NCBI GenBank assembly: GCA_000004985.1
Contig: GG738856.1
Strand: one strand, 5' to 3'
Origin: Naegleria gruberi
Lineage: Eukaryota
Length of the DNA: 64,000 nt
In this document: one piece after another, positions 40,131 to 52,282 of the stretch
How the letters are laid out: each line of letters begins with the position of its first letter
Numbering within the stretch: position 1 is the first letter of the stretch
Notes under the pieces: model-generated
Seen by the model: the letters and a program-made list of their open reading frames with translations, nothing else
What the model was told of the DNA's origin: nothing
The model's database searches: none
Position numbers and translations under genes: made by a program

Positions 40131-43100
40131 TTGTTTGAAAACACAAAAGAATTTGCCTTGATCAAAACGAGTTCATGCTTGCGAGGAATTCTTCAGCGAG
40201 CAAAAATCATATGCAACACAAGAATTCATCAACAAAAAAAATCAAACAACAACAATTGTCCTATTTTCACAATGTTGAATAATAATAGAACATTTAAACC
40301 ACCAATAATTGATAATAATGTAACTCTTGGTTTGGGTCCTGACAGAATGGGTGTTTTATTCACGGATATGTTGACAGCCATTAGAATTCCTGCCAATCAT
40401 TGGTTATTAGCTTTGATCAGTGGTGGTAGTGGTGCTGATGATCAACAAGTGAGAGTAAAGCTTGTGCATGAAACGTTCCGATATGTAAATTCAGAACCAA
40501 CTCTTGAAATGAGCCAGGAAATTGACTTGCAGTTCCAAGTCATGTCACGATTGATTTGTATTCCACCAAATCAACAACAATTGATAGAATATTATAGAAA
40601 TACATTGCCATCAGCAGATTATCTTCTTTTTGAGAAGTATCACAAGTGGAATATAAGAATTGAATCGGTGGTTTACCAAAGATATGTGACTCTTGATGTT
40701 GTGTTAATTTGCCAAAATGAAAAAGAACTTCCAAAGAATTCATTGGAGTATTTAATGAAGACAGCTCCATACACGTTTAGAGATTTCCGTCTTCTTTATG
40801 AAAATTGTGAATTGTACAGTAATTTATTCAAGGTTGACTGCGAAATGTTTCAACAATTCTTTGGACGAAACTATCCTCTTGTTTGTACAGTCAAAGATGT
40901 AGATTCTAATCCAAATATTATTGGAAATAATAACATGTCCATTCAAAATTCATTCTCAAGATTTGCCAGAATATTAATGGATTTGAATTTGGGCAAATGT
41001 ATGATGATTGTGAAATTCGAAACTAAAGATGACAACATCAAAAGAAAGTGGTGCGAGAATGGGATAAGCTACGAAGGCCATTGCTACAAATTCTTTAGCA
41101 CTTCCAACTCTGGAATGAAAGGCAGCTCTGCAGTTTTTATCAACTCAACCTTACTCAACTTGGAAACTGTCAAACTTCTCGTTGGAAGCTCCTTCGACAA
41201 GGCATTACAGACAGGTGGTGTCAGAAAGGTAGCAAGCAGAATTGGTCTCAGTATTGGAACAAGCATTCAAAGTTTAGCAACTTTTGAATTTGATCAAATT
41301 TTCTGTCTTCCACAGAACATCGAAGATGAGTTTCCAATAACTGATGGTTCTGGATTAGCAAGATCTGATTTCTTTGAGGAGATTTTAGAAAAGACCTATG
41401 CCATTCCTTATTTCGAAATGGAAAAATTGGCAAAACATCCAGAAATGAAACTCTCCAGAAGGTTAGAAACTGATTACAAAAACGTGAGTGCCATTCAAGT
41501 GAGAATGCTTGGAGCCAAAGGAGTTTTACAAAAGATTCCAGATTCATTGTGGAAAGTATTGCAAGTCAAGTGGAAATTCCCAGATTCAACAAAGGTGATT
41601 TTGAGAAATTCAATGATCAAGTTTGAAACTGCTTATTACAAAAAGATTGATGTATTGAGTTATTCATCTGCTACGGGAGGGTCGATTTCAAGAGGAGTCA
41701 TGTCTTGCTTATTGGAGAGGACAGATCACAGAGAGGAAATGGAAGAAATTTTCATGAATGATCTCGACGATTATTTGAAAGAAATGGAGGACAATAGAAA
41801 TGATCCAATCTATGTCTGCAACTATCTTTTAACTGGAACAGGTAATACAAAGGAAGGATTGGCCAAACAATTGATTATGGCAGATCATCCACTCAATAAT
41901 TATTTCATTGATTCAGTAATTAGAGAAAATATCAAAACAAGACATTTGGGATTAGTCAATGATAATCTTTCTTTCAAAATCAACAGTCATTATTGTGTCA
42001 GTGCGTTGGGAGGTGTGGATGAAAGTGGGGAACTCAAAGAAGGTGAAATTCACATTAATTGTGATGCCTTTACAAATAGCCCATACTATCTGGAACTCGA
42101 TTACGTTTTAGTTTATAGAAATCCTTTGGGGTATGAGGGTGATATTCAAAAACTCAAAATTAAGAAAAATCCTCAATCAGAATTCCTCAAATCAAGACGA
42201 AACTCAATCACCTTTGCCATGTCCAAGGGCACTAGAAATCCTATTGGATTTATGCAAGGCGGTGATTTTGATGGTGACAGATACAATATCATTTTCCATC
42301 CAAAGATTGTGAAATATTTCAAGCAAGACGAAAGTTTGAATTTGGATTATAATAATAATGATATTTACGAACAATTTAAAAAGAATGAATCTATTTCCAG
42401 TCTGGAGACGATACCTGTTATGCAACCCAACACCAACCCAACCATTCAAGACATTATTGAAGAACACATTAACATGTTCACTGAAAATTCTCCAATAGGT
42501 ACTTTAAGTGGTTACACATCTAACCTTAGAGAAACAACTGATATTCCAAAGAAAAAGTTGGCTTCCAAGCTATTCGCAGATTGTATCGATTCTATTAAGG
42601 GAAGTTCATTCCCTTATGACCTGATTAACATTGTAAAATCGAAAATTCCTGAATGGGAAGAGTATTTGAATGAAAGAGTTAAGAAGAGTGAATTTTGGAA
42701 AGATGAAAATCTGTCAAATCCACAACCTAATCATTTAGTGTGTAGAATGTTTGATATGGTAGTACAATCGTTGAAGAAAATCACTGAAGATCCAATTAAT
42801 ACTCAACTCGATCCTGATTTTGAAACACCTAATCCAAAATATTTGAAATTCCATACTCAATGGAAACAAGAATTCGAAAATCTTTTCAAAGAATGGTGCA
42901 ATTATTGGACAAAGCAATTATCAGCCAATCCAGAAACAGAAAAGGACAAATCTGAAACTAAATCACACAAGAGAATTTTACTGAACAAAATTAAGGAAAT
43001 TCTTCCACTGCAAGAAGAAAAAAGTGAATCAATTGACTGGCGTGCAAAATTCAATGAAGGAACAGATGGCAATGATATGAGATGTGAAAAGGCAGCATTC

Positions 43101-43316
43101 TTTATGAGGTATAATCATGTGCAAAATCAGAAAGGTTTAATCAAGAGATTGCAAAGTCCTTTCGTCTATACTTGTTGCATGCTTTATTTGAATATTTACA
43201 AGCAATTCAAACAATTTGAAAAATTTGGAAAAATTCCACAGATTGTTTCATCCAATTACAAAGTTTCTCTCAAGAAACAACTTTCGAATATCACAAGAAC
43301 AACACCTGTAGAATAA
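40131..43316 (+). CDS. Cellular RNA-dependent RNA polymerase (eukaryotic RdRP / RRF family)
   Basis: Catalytic signature 'GGDFDGDRYNIIFHP' (DxDGD), with surrounding conserved blocks 'QVRMLGAKGVL' and 'LVYRNPLGYEGDIQKLKI'. The track start is a TTG; the first in-frame ATG is at about 40272. Confidence 0.8.
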   Translation: MFENTKEFALIKTSSCLRGILQRAKIICNTRIHQQKKSNNNNCPIFTMLNNNRTFKPPIIDNNVTLGLGPDRMGVLFTDMLTAIRIPANHWLLALISGGSGADDQQVRVKLVHETFRYVNSEPTLEMSQEIDLQFQVMSRLICIPPNQQQLIEYYRNTLPSADYLLFEKYHKWNIRIESVVYQRYVTLDVVLICQNEKELPKNSLEYLMKTAPYTFRDFRLLYENCELYSNLFKVDCEMFQQFFGRNYPLVCTVKDVDSNPNIIGNNNMSIQNSFSRFARILMDLNLGKCMMIVKFETKDDNIKRKWCENGISYEGHCYKFFSTSNSGMKGSSAVFINSTLLNLETVKLLVGSSFDKALQTGGVRKVASRIGLSIGTSIQSLATFEFDQIFCLPQNIEDEFPITDGSGLARSDFFEEILEKTYAIPYFEMEKLAKHPEMKLSRRLETDYKNVSAIQVRMLGAKGVLQKIPDSLWKVLQVKWKFPDSTKVILRNSMIKFETAYYKKIDVLSYSSATGGSISRGVMSCLLERTDHREEMEEIFMNDLDDYLKEMEDNRNDPIYVCNYLLTGTGNTKEGLAKQLIMADHPLNNYFIDSVIRENIKTRHLGLVNDNLSFKINSHYCVSALGGVDESGELKEGEIHINCDAFTNSPYYLELDYVLVYRNPLGYEGDIQKLKIKKNPQSEFLKSRRNSITFAMSKGTRNPIGFMQGGDFDGDRYNIIFHPKIVKYFKQDESLNLDYNNNDIYEQFKKNESISSLETIPVMQPNTNPTIQDIIEEHINMFTENSPIGTLSGYTSNLRETTDIPKKKLASKLFADCIDSIKGSSFPYDLINIVKSKIPEWEEYLNERVKKSEFWKDENLSNPQPNHLVCRMFDMVVQSLKKITEDPINTQLDPDFETPNPKYLKFHTQWKQEFENLFKEWCNYWTKQLSANPETEKDKSETKSHKRILLNKIKEILPLQEEKSESIDWRAKFNEGTDGNDMRCEKAAFFMRYNHVQNQKGLIKRLQSPFVYTCCMLYLNIYKQFKQFEKFGKIPQIVSSNYKVSLKKQLSNITRTTPVE

Positions 43317-43532
43317 ATTGTTAATTATTTGTTTCAGAAATATTCATGTTACATGTACAAAGACTAGTTTTATGAATTTATTTGAAAATTAGTTTTCAAA
43401 CCTCCAAGCTAGAAGGTTCCATAAAACAATCTCTTCAATATATTTTTCACTTTCCGAATCCTTCGAATCTTTCACATGTCATCAAGTCACTTCCCCAATT
43501 TCACATCATTTCAAAAAAAACATTAAAAAAAA

Positions 43533-46500
43533 ATGTCTTCTACATGGAAACGTGTCCCTGAAAACACTCTCGGCACCGTCCTCTACTCACGTGCCAGTGA
43601 AGGTCGTTACCAAATTACACTCAACAAGGGAGATCGTGTTCGTGTGCAGGCAAAGAAAGATGGTTGGTTGTTGGTTGAGTTGATTGATCCATTTGAAGAG
43701 CAACAAGAATTGGTATCACCTAGAGGAGGTGTGTCTAATACTTCATCACCTACTGCTATTTCGAATAGTACTTCGTCTTCTTCGGATAATTTGGAAGGTG
43801 CTAGAAAATTTTCTATTCGAAAGGCATCAGTTGCGCCATCAACACAAACAACTAATCCACAACAACCAACAAGTAGAGTTTCGGCTGCTGCCTCTAAATT
43901 TGGTGGAACTACAACTCCTCCACCAAGACCTTCGAGACCAAATCCAAAATCTGCTGCTGCTTCGTCTCAACAAATATCCGAAAGTGATTCTCCTTCATTG
44001 GAACAGAAAAAATCACAACTTTTGAAACATATTGTTAGAATTGGTATCTATCCAGAGGTTTTAATTCGATTGGATTCTGATCAATCTTCACCAACTGCTC
44101 AAAATGAAAAGAGCAGAAAATTGCCAACTTTTGAACAAGCTGTCGAATTTTCTGAAAATCCATTGGCTCGTGAAATTTTGCAAGTTATTAGAGAATGGTC
44201 AAGTGAATTGATTAAATTAAAGAATGAGAATATGATGGAAGAATATTATGCAGTAAAACGTCAAATGGCAATTTTAGTTGGTTTGAGAAAGAAGATTACA
44301 GATTACAATTTCCAAAAAGATGCAGATGAGAATCAAAAAGAAGAAATTAGTCAAAAGGTCATTAAGGTTATTGAAGAGGGTTCTAGAAAGTTGAATTTGG
44401 ATTTGATTGTTCGTGTGAATGATGGTCCACAAAAAGGTCAACGTGCCAATGAATCCAACACTTCAGTTATTGATCTTTTTAATCAATATATGGATGTACA
44501 AGATAAGGAAGATATTGCAAAGAGAAATCGTAAAGTTCGTGAAGAATTGAAACATTTGAGATCTCAATTCCTTTCAAATCAATCAAAGAATAACGCAACC
44601 ACTCAACTTGAACAATTACAAAAGAAGGAAAATGATTTGGTTTTGAAATTGGATTCAAACTTCCCAATTAATGATCCACTCCAACGTGCAAGATTGAGAC
44701 ATGAACTTCCACGTGGAAATGTTCATCTCCTTCTCAATGTCGAAGCTTGTATGTTCACATTCGGTGAGGATGCTGAAATTTTCTTCTCCGTTTACAATTA
44801 CACTGAAAAGAGATACATTACAGAAGATTTTGCTTATCCTGTCACTCCACTAGGTATGCCACGTGACACTCGTCTCATTACCAACACAAAAACACTCTTT
44901 GCCGATATTTCCGAATCTCAATACCTTCAAGAATTGTATTTGGTTGTGAAAATCTATCGTAAAGGTAAAATGTTATTCGACATGAAGGCCAACACTAAAA
45001 AAACAGGTCTTCCTCCTATGGGTAGTGGAATGATGATGGCTAGTGCCTCAGCTGACGATATTGAAGAAGAAACCAGTTATAGAAGACCATTCTGTTGTAC
45101 ATTAATGCCAATTACTCCAGAAGTTATTGCAGAACACATGATGGATGAGAGAGAATTCCAACCTGGTACACTAGTTCTCTACACCACTCCAAAGGAAGAT
45201 TTATTCTCCAAATTGCCAGATATTATTATTGAAGGAGGTGGTCCAATTGAAAGAATTCCACAAGATAAGGCCATTGGTATTGGTATCTCATTGAAATTAT
45301 TCAACAAACCACTCGATAAGGTCTTGGAAGAAAATAAGGATACTCTCTCAATGCAATCTCAATGCTGTATTACAAAGTGTATAGATTTGCCAACTAGTTT
45401 CCATCCAAAAATTGATAGAAATGACATGTATATTACATTCACTAGAGGTAAATTCCTTGAAACTCGTAACGTCAAGATTATGACAAAGGTTTATTCAAAC
45501 TCTACAAAGAATACTATTCAATGTATTGATAGATATCAATGTCTATTCAAAACACCATTCACACACTATCACAGTTCAATTCTCTATCACGTTCCAAATC
45601 CTAATTGGAATGAAACATTCAAAATGTCGCTCTCTCAAGAAGCTCTCCTCAATTCAGTCCTCGTTATCATGCTCTCCAACTGTACTGCCAAGAAGAAGCA
45701 ACTGACTGAAAGATTCGGTGTTGCCTTCTTGAATTTGAAGGATGATTTGGGTATGGTTTCAAAGGGTGAAAATGACACTGGAATAATTCACGTTCCAGTT
45801 CACAAATACATCAAGGATATGGAAAAGAATATTTTCGAATATGTCAACTCCCCATCCAAGTTGGCACCTACCAAGGATTACATTGTTATCAAACTCAAAC
45901 TTTCCTCCACTCAAATGACACAAGATGCAACTCTTGATACTTTCATTCGTTGGGAAACCAAACAATATCCAACTCGTTTGATTTTGGATAACTTCAGCAA
46001 GCTTCCACTCTCAACAATTGCTCCATACTGCAAAGTTGTTTGCAATACCTTGTTTGATATTCTCACCAGAAAGAACGATTCAGAAACTTCCAAGTCAGTA
46101 TTCGAAACATTGCTTTCTCTTGCCAACAAATTGGTTCTTCCAGAAAATGCCGAACATCTTGCCATGTTTAAACAATATATTGCTGATTGTTTCGAACACA
46201 GTGATCCAGAAATTCACAAATGCTTCCTCGAATGTCTCATTTCCAATTTGGAGAACTTTGACGAAGAGGATGCCAAGGAAAGTTCTGAACAAGATGCTGT
46301 CAGAGATAAGGTAAAGACTGTTGTTACCATTGTAAAGGAAACTCTCCTGGGATTGCCACTCGTTTTGCTCTTCATTACAAAGAATAGAAGAAATTATGAA
46401 AAGGAAAATCTCAAAGGAGGTCTCTCCAATGAGGATTACTTCAAGACTGTGAAGGAAGTTTTTGAAAAGATTAGTAGAGTCATTTCAATTACATCTTGTC

Positions 46501-49448
46501 AAAAACTCTTTGATGCTCAAGATCAATTGATCAAATTATTGTCACCTTTCATTTTGAATGTTAATGAAGAGTTCCCAACTGCTAAGAAGACTAATATTGC
46601 CACATTGGTTAAAGATTTTATTGAATCCATTCCAAATACAGGTAGATTGGACACAGTTGAAGGAAAATTAGGTCTCATTCGTCAATGCTGTTCATCAGAC
46701 CTTCTCAAATCAAGAGAAACAAGAACTGTCATTTTGCCAATGATTTTGAATCAAGTTGAAAAGCAAAAAGCTGTTTCAAACTCATTGAGTAGACGTGTCT
46801 GTTCTGGAATTTTGGCTGACGTCTTGGCTACCATTCAAAGGGCTCTCGTTCAAAGAAATGACAGTTATACAGAAGTTAAGAAGGACATGTATCTCTTCTT
46901 GACTAAATTGCCATACATTAGAACAATGTTTAATGAACTTGCCAGAGAAAGTGAAGAAGCAGAAGGAAGAATTTCAAGATTTGGCAAACGTGACGATTTG
47001 GAATCCTTCCAAGAACACAGAGAATACGAAAGAATTCAACAAACCAGAGCTCAACTCTTCTCAGTTGTCTTGTGTATCTTCTACTTGACTGATTTTGACA
47101 TGATTCAAGAATATTTCCAACGTGACTTTACCGATGATGAAAAACTCCTCATTCAACAATACAAGGATGAAGATTTACATGAATTGGCCCACACCGATCA
47201 CTCCAAAGAAACTGGTATGAAGAGAAAGGTCCTTCCAAAGGAAGATGCTGCTTCTAGAGTGAAAGCTAAGAGAGTTTCTGATATTTTCGAATTGATTGAA
47301 TCAATGATTGATCATTCTCCAATTCCAGAATATTGGATTGCCTTCAACGTCTTTGCCTATCACAGTATTATGAAAACTATTGAAAACTTTTCAGAATATT
47401 TACAAAAACACCATGTCAGGACTTTCGATCCAAAGTTGTGGAATCGTTTATTCGATTTGTACTATAGATTTGCATTGTGTCCACGTTTGCAAATTGAAAA
47501 ATTCTCACTTTCCAAGCAAACCAAGTTTAATTTACATGGTGATTTGAGAGTTGACTGTGTCATCTTATTCAGAAAGGTATTCGAAAGTTTGTCAACTGAA
47601 CACCAATATTACTTTGTTCCTGATTTGATTGATAGAGTTTTGAGACTTGCTGCTTCAATTCCAAAACAAGAAATTTACGTTCAAACTCTTAATATTTATT
47701 ATAACATTCTCAAATTGGAATTCCAATCTGAAAAGAGTTTGAAACATACTCAAGGTTTGACAGCTGTTGTTTTCGATGAATTTATTGTCAATGATCGTCT
47801 CACAGATGATAAATTCAAGGAATTCTTCGTTGAAGTTTTGGATGAACGTTTCGAAAAGGACGAACTCTTAAAGACCGATGGTAAACAATTCATGAACCAC
47901 ACCAAGAGATTTATGGAACTCGTTGCCTCTGTCAAACGTTTCACTGATGACCAGGAAGATCAAAAGACAAGTGCCTTACTCCGTGTCATGCAATACGTTG
48001 CCTCCACTCAACAGGAAGAAATCTACTTCAAGTACATTCACATGCTTGCAAAGAATCATGAAATCAACTCTAATTTCATTGAAGCTGGTATGTCCATTTT
48101 GAGACATGCTGAAAAGTTGTCATTCACTGTTGCCAATCCAAAACTCTTGCCAGCTCTCTCACAAGAATATCCAGAGGAACCTGAATTCAGAAGAAAGGAG
48201 AAACTCTACCATCAAGCCATGCGTTACTTTGATTTGGGTAAGGATTGGGAAAGAGCTATCAAACTCTCACGTGAATTGGCACCAATTTATGAAACTCAAA
48301 CTTTCGAATATAAGAAATTGGCCGAACTTCTCAAATCTCAAAGTGAATGGTTCTCCAAGATCTTTGATCAGAAACGTTTCTTTGCCTCCTACTTCTTTGT
48401 TGGATACTATGGTAAAGGATTCGAACCATACGGTTTGCAAAATAAGGAATATGTCTATAGAGGAAATGAAGCTGAACGTTTGGTTGATTTTACTGAGAGA
48501 ATTACTAAGAGATTCCCTAATGCTGAAATGTTGCAACCTTTGGAAGATGCCCCAGAGGAGAAGAAACAAGCCGATGGACAATACATTCGTATCATTACTG
48601 TCTATCCATCCTCATATAAGGAAATTGAAACCAAGTGCACAACTGTTGCTAGAGAAATGACTGTCTCTAAGAATATTACCTCCTACGAATCATTCAATGA
48701 TATTAAGGTATTCAAGATGAGTAAGACCTATAAGGGACATCCAAAGGATAAGAAGATTAATGAAATTCGTGACTTGTTCACCGATTTCATTTTCTTCATT
48801 ATTGATAGTAATCAAGAATCAGCACCATCTCACCATGAAACTTCATTCCGTAAGAGTATTTCCTACATTAAACCAATGCCAATGGTTAAACCATCAACAG
48901 CAGCAAGTGGTGTTGGATCCGCTTCAGCTGAAGATGTGGAAATTATGATGACTGGTGATGCCTTTCCAACTATTGTACGTAGAAAGAATATCATTTCACG
49001 TAAGCAAGCAGTCTTGAATCCAATCGAAAATGCCATCAAGAATATTGAAGATAAGAATGTAGATCTCAATGAACTTGTTCTCAATCACATGGTAGATACC
49101 AAGCCAGATACTAAACAATTATCCATGTCTTTGAACGGTACCATTGACGCTGCTGTTCATGGTGGTATCAATAAGTATATTGATGCATTCTTTGTTCCTG
49201 ATTGGATCCAAGAAAATCCACAAGAAATTCACAATGTTAAGAGATTACAACGTGCTCTTGCAGTTCAATTGGAAGTTCTTGAAAAGGGTTTAGAAATGTA
49301 TCGTAAATTTGGTTCTGCTCAAACAAAGGCTCACGTCGATCACTTGTGTGTCATGCACAACAATATGAAAGAACAATTGGCTGAAACTATTTCATTCGAT
49401 TATGCCTATTACTTGACTGAGGAGTACAAAAAGAAAGCAAAGGAATAA
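43533..49448 (+). CDS. DOCK-family Rac/Cdc42 guanine-nucleotide exchange factor (1971 aa)
   Basis: Size and architecture fit DOCK: an N-terminal SH3-like region 'YQITLNKGDRVRVQAKKDGWLLVELIDP', a central C2/DHR-1-like region, and a C-terminal DHR-2-like helical domain. Assignment by architecture rather than exact motif recall. Confidence 0.5.
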   Translation: MSSTWKRVPENTLGTVLYSRASEGRYQITLNKGDRVRVQAKKDGWLLVELIDPFEEQQELVSPRGGVSNTSSPTAISNSTSSSSDNLEGARKFSIRKASVAPSTQTTNPQQPTSRVSAAASKFGGTTTPPPRPSRPNPKSAAASSQQISESDSPSLEQKKSQLLKHIVRIGIYPEVLIRLDSDQSSPTAQNEKSRKLPTFEQAVEFSENPLAREILQVIREWSSELIKLKNENMMEEYYAVKRQMAILVGLRKKITDYNFQKDADENQKEEISQKVIKVIEEGSRKLNLDLIVRVNDGPQKGQRANESNTSVIDLFNQYMDVQDKEDIAKRNRKVREELKHLRSQFLSNQSKNNATTQLEQLQKKENDLVLKLDSNFPINDPLQRARLRHELPRGNVHLLLNVEACMFTFGEDAEIFFSVYNYTEKRYITEDFAYPVTPLGMPRDTRLITNTKTLFADISESQYLQELYLVVKIYRKGKMLFDMKANTKKTGLPPMGSGMMMASASADDIEEETSYRRPFCCTLMPITPEVIAEHMMDEREFQPGTLVLYTTPKEDLFSKLPDIIIEGGGPIERIPQDKAIGIGISLKLFNKPLDKVLEENKDTLSMQSQCCITKCIDLPTSFHPKIDRNDMYITFTRGKFLETRNVKIMTKVYSNSTKNTIQCIDRYQCLFKTPFTHYHSSILYHVPNPNWNETFKMSLSQEALLNSVLVIMLSNCTAKKKQLTERFGVAFLNLKDDLGMVSKGENDTGIIHVPVHKYIKDMEKNIFEYVNSPSKLAPTKDYIVIKLKLSSTQMTQDATLDTFIRWETKQYPTRLILDNFSKLPLSTIAPYCKVVCNTLFDILTRKNDSETSKSVFETLLSLANKLVLPENAEHLAMFKQYIADCFEHSDPEIHKCFLECLISNLENFDEEDAKESSEQDAVRDKVKTVVTIVKETLLGLPLVLLFITKNRRNYEKENLKGGLSNEDYFKTVKEVFEKISRVISITSCQKLFDAQDQLIKLLSPFILNVNEEFPTAKKTNIATLVKDFIESIPNTGRLDTVEGKLGLIRQCCSSDLLKSRETRTVILPMILNQVEKQKAVSNSLSRRVCSGILADVLATIQRALVQRNDSYTEVKKDMYLFLTKLPYIRTMFNELARESEEAEGRISRFGKRDDLESFQEHREYERIQQTRAQLFSVVLCIFYLTDFDMIQEYFQRDFTDDEKLLIQQYKDEDLHELAHTDHSKETGMKRKVLPKEDAASRVKAKRVSDIFELIESMIDHSPIPEYWIAFNVFAYHSIMKTIENFSEYLQKHHVRTFDPKLWNRLFDLYYRFALCPRLQIEKFSLSKQTKFNLHGDLRVDCVILFRKVFESLSTEHQYYFVPDLIDRVLRLAASIPKQEIYVQTLNIYYNILKLEFQSEKSLKHTQGLTAVVFDEFIVNDRLTDDKFKEFFVEVLDERFEKDELLKTDGKQFMNHTKRFMELVASVKRFTDDQEDQKTSALLRVMQYVASTQQEEIYFKYIHMLAKNHEINSNFIEAGMSILRHAEKLSFTVANPKLLPALSQEYPEEPEFRRKEKLYHQAMRYFDLGKDWERAIKLSRELAPIYETQTFEYKKLAELLKSQSEWFSKIFDQKRFFASYFFVGYYGKGFEPYGLQNKEYVYRGNEAERLVDFTERITKRFPNAEMLQPLEDAPEEKKQADGQYIRIITVYPSSYKEIETKCTTVAREMTVSKNITSYESFNDIKVFKMSKTYKGHPKDKKINEIRDLFTDFIFFIIDSNQESAPSHHETSFRKSISYIKPMPMVKPSTAASGVGSASAEDVEIMMTGDAFPTIVRRKNIISRKQAVLNPIENAIKNIEDKNVDLNELVLNHMVDTKPDTKQLSMSLNGTIDAAVHGGINKYIDAFFVPDWIQENPQEIHNVKRLQRALAVQLEVLEKGLEMYRKFGSAQTKAHVDHLCVMHNNMKEQLAETISFDYAYYLTEEYKKKAKE

Positions 49449-49568
49449 GCAACTGGACGATTCGGAAGCTGTGTAATAAAAGTTTCAAAATTATACCAAT
49501 CAATTGTACTTTTATTAAGGTAAAGAGAGTAAAAAAGTAGATTTAGAAGTTAATTAACTTAGGTTTAG

Positions 49569-51799
49569 TTACCTCTTTGCAGGTTCTCGAGGTTTTGTTT
49601 GTTTGGGGAGCTTTCTTTTCATTTGATAAGTAACTGTTGTGCTACCAACTGAGGGAGATGATATCTCATTTCTCCTTATCATTCCTTGATCGTATTGCTC
49701 CATTCTATGGACATTATTTACATCAGAGTTAAAGATATTCGCTAAGGAAGGATTCTTCTTGGCAAATTGGGATTGAGTTTGGGGTCTGCTACTGTTTTGG
49801 AAGGTAATAATGGTAGGTTGAGGTTTGGAAAGATTATTGGATTTAGAATCATTCTCAAGAATGATGAGTTTGTTGAAGGAGGAAGGCATTGCCGTTTGAG
49901 CTCTATCGCTCGATTGGTCAACCTTGATTTTTTGAATCAAAGGTTTAGGATTATTATTTGAAGTAGAAACAACATTTGAATTGTGTTGTTGGTTATTTGG
50001 ATTAGGTCTGAAGCCACCTGTAAAGTGCTGGTTATGACGTACTGGAAATTGTTTTTGAGGATGTTGTTGCTGTTGTTGAATTTCCAGATTCCTAGAGCTG
50101 TTTTCTCGAGAGAATATTTCTTGTGGCATTTGGGGCATTGAAGGTTTTTCATGTGCCTTAATTAACATGCCATTAGGAGCCAGGTTAAAGTAGCTGCTGT
50201 TTCTTCTCGGTTTTGGATGAAATGGGCTGATTAATACTGCATGATTCAATTCTTGACGTTTTTCTTGTCGGTCCCTTACTGTTGGAGTGCCTAGTTTGAG
50301 TATTTGTCTCGAATTTGATGATGAGGAGCTTGCAGTTGAAACTGCCGAATATGGGGTGAAAGCTCTATCTTGATCAGAGTCTCCCTCATCTATATCTTCC
50401 AACTCGTCAATTAATTTATCATGATTTCCGTAATTATCATTAATATACACAACATCTACATTAGTTTTGTCATTTCCTCGCTTCTTCTTATCCACATTTT
50501 CCTCAATCAAATATTGTTTAAAACAAGACATGATCTTTGGAACAACTGATTTCCATATTGAATCAAAAACTTCCCACTGTGCTTCATAGAAAACAGCTGA
50601 TTGAGCTTCAATTGGAGGGAATCCCTTGTTGAGCTGCACCTTGATCCTCTCTGCGAACTGAATGGATTGAGGGCTCTGTGGGGTTTCTCTAGGTGTTTTC
50701 TTCTTGTTAGCTCGGAAATTGGGAGTTGATTTGTTCAAAAAGGAGTCAGTTCCAAGAGGGTGTGGCAATTTCTTCTGAGCAATATCCATCACCAGAGTCT
50801 CCTCATAATCACCATCCTCTGCTATCACCTCTTCTACTTGCCCTCCAAAAGGACTCATTGTATTTGAGGGTGAAATGATTGGTTCTTGACTTTTATGAAT
50901 TACATCAAAACTGGAATCAGGCCTCACTCCCTCAATCGCTGTCGAAGAAACAAGAAAATGTGGAAACTTGGTTGACCACTGAGTGGCTATTTTCTCCATT
51001 GTTAACTGTTCCGTATTATTCTCTTTCAGTCTATTTTTCCTCTTATTTCTATTAGTTGTTGATGATGGTTTTGTCTTGGGTGATGCCTGTTTGTTGGAGG
51101 GCGAGAAACCATATAACTTTTCATCCAATTCATCAAGTACTGTTTTCAGTTTTTCTTCTGCTTCATTTTCCAAATCCTATTTTCTATTATGAGAGCTTGT
51201 TCGTGATTAAAACTTACAAATATGAATTCAAATGATGATTGCTCGGATCCAGCACTGTAATCGTGAAAGTTTGTATTAATTGTAGAAAATTCTGATGATG
51301 TTTGTGTTTTTGAACTACCATGAAAGAAGTTGCCTGAGGTTGGAGGATTGGTTGTTGAAGGAGAAAAGGTAGAGTCTCCATGCCTTTCAGATGTTGATGG
51401 TGATGATCGAGAGCTTTCGCAATCCTCTCCAACCAAAGACATATCAATTACTAAGGAATCCGTTGACTTGTACTTTTCATAGGATTGTCGTAACCTAGAT
51501 AGAGGTTGTTCCTGACTTTCCATAAATCTAACCTCTCTATGACCAGCTATCCGTTTAATACTCTCAAAAGATCCTCTCAATTCAACCACACTATTCGACG
51601 ATTTTGTCAAAGTTCCCTTGCTGTTATTCATTGTATTATTATTACTAGAATAATTATTGTTCATAATTAAGTGATGAATCTGTTGATGTTGTTGCTGCTG
51701 TTGTTGATGAGTAAATGTTGTTGTTGGAGCCTGCTGATGATGACTCGCAAAGCCTATCAGTGGAGGAGAGAAACCATCCCTCGTAAGGCTCTGTATCAT
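49569..51799 (-). CDS. Hypothetical low-complexity (Q/N/S-rich) protein. Two ORF blocks joined by a 41-nt intron at 51177-51217.
   Basis: ORF 51146-51799 ends '...SSFEFIF' followed by GTAAGT. A 41-nt GTAAGT...AAAATAG intron joins in phase to '(D)LENEAEEKLKTVLDEL...' of ORF 49569-51173. Poly-Q and poly-N tracts. Confidence 0.5.
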
Positions 51800-52282
51800 T
51801 TTTTATAGTAGTGTGATGATTGTTGTTGTTTGGCGCCAAAAAAAATACGTTGAACAAAAACTGTAAAACACAAAGTACAACAACAATTGGAAAAGAAGGT
51901 GCTGATGATGAGTTGAATATTTAGTGTTGTGGCATCACGCCAAGTCTTAATGCTATATAGATATGCCGAATGGATGTACCTGATTATTCTTTTCGGTTAT
52001 GATTCGATATCTTTGTTGCAAATGGATAAGGATAAAACCTCCTATTAAGGATAAGGATGCCTCTATTTTACAGCTTATTTATATTTGTTAATTGAAACCA
52101 ATTCAAACAAAGCATGAGCATGAACTTTGTTTTGCTCAACGCAATATATATAAAAGTAATAATAACTAGAATATATTTTGAAAGTGTGAATTATTTCCTC
52201 ACCATAAAGAATAATGCTCTGTTTGAGGGATGATAATGATTCACAACAATATCTGATAAATTATTTCAAAAATGGCTTAATG

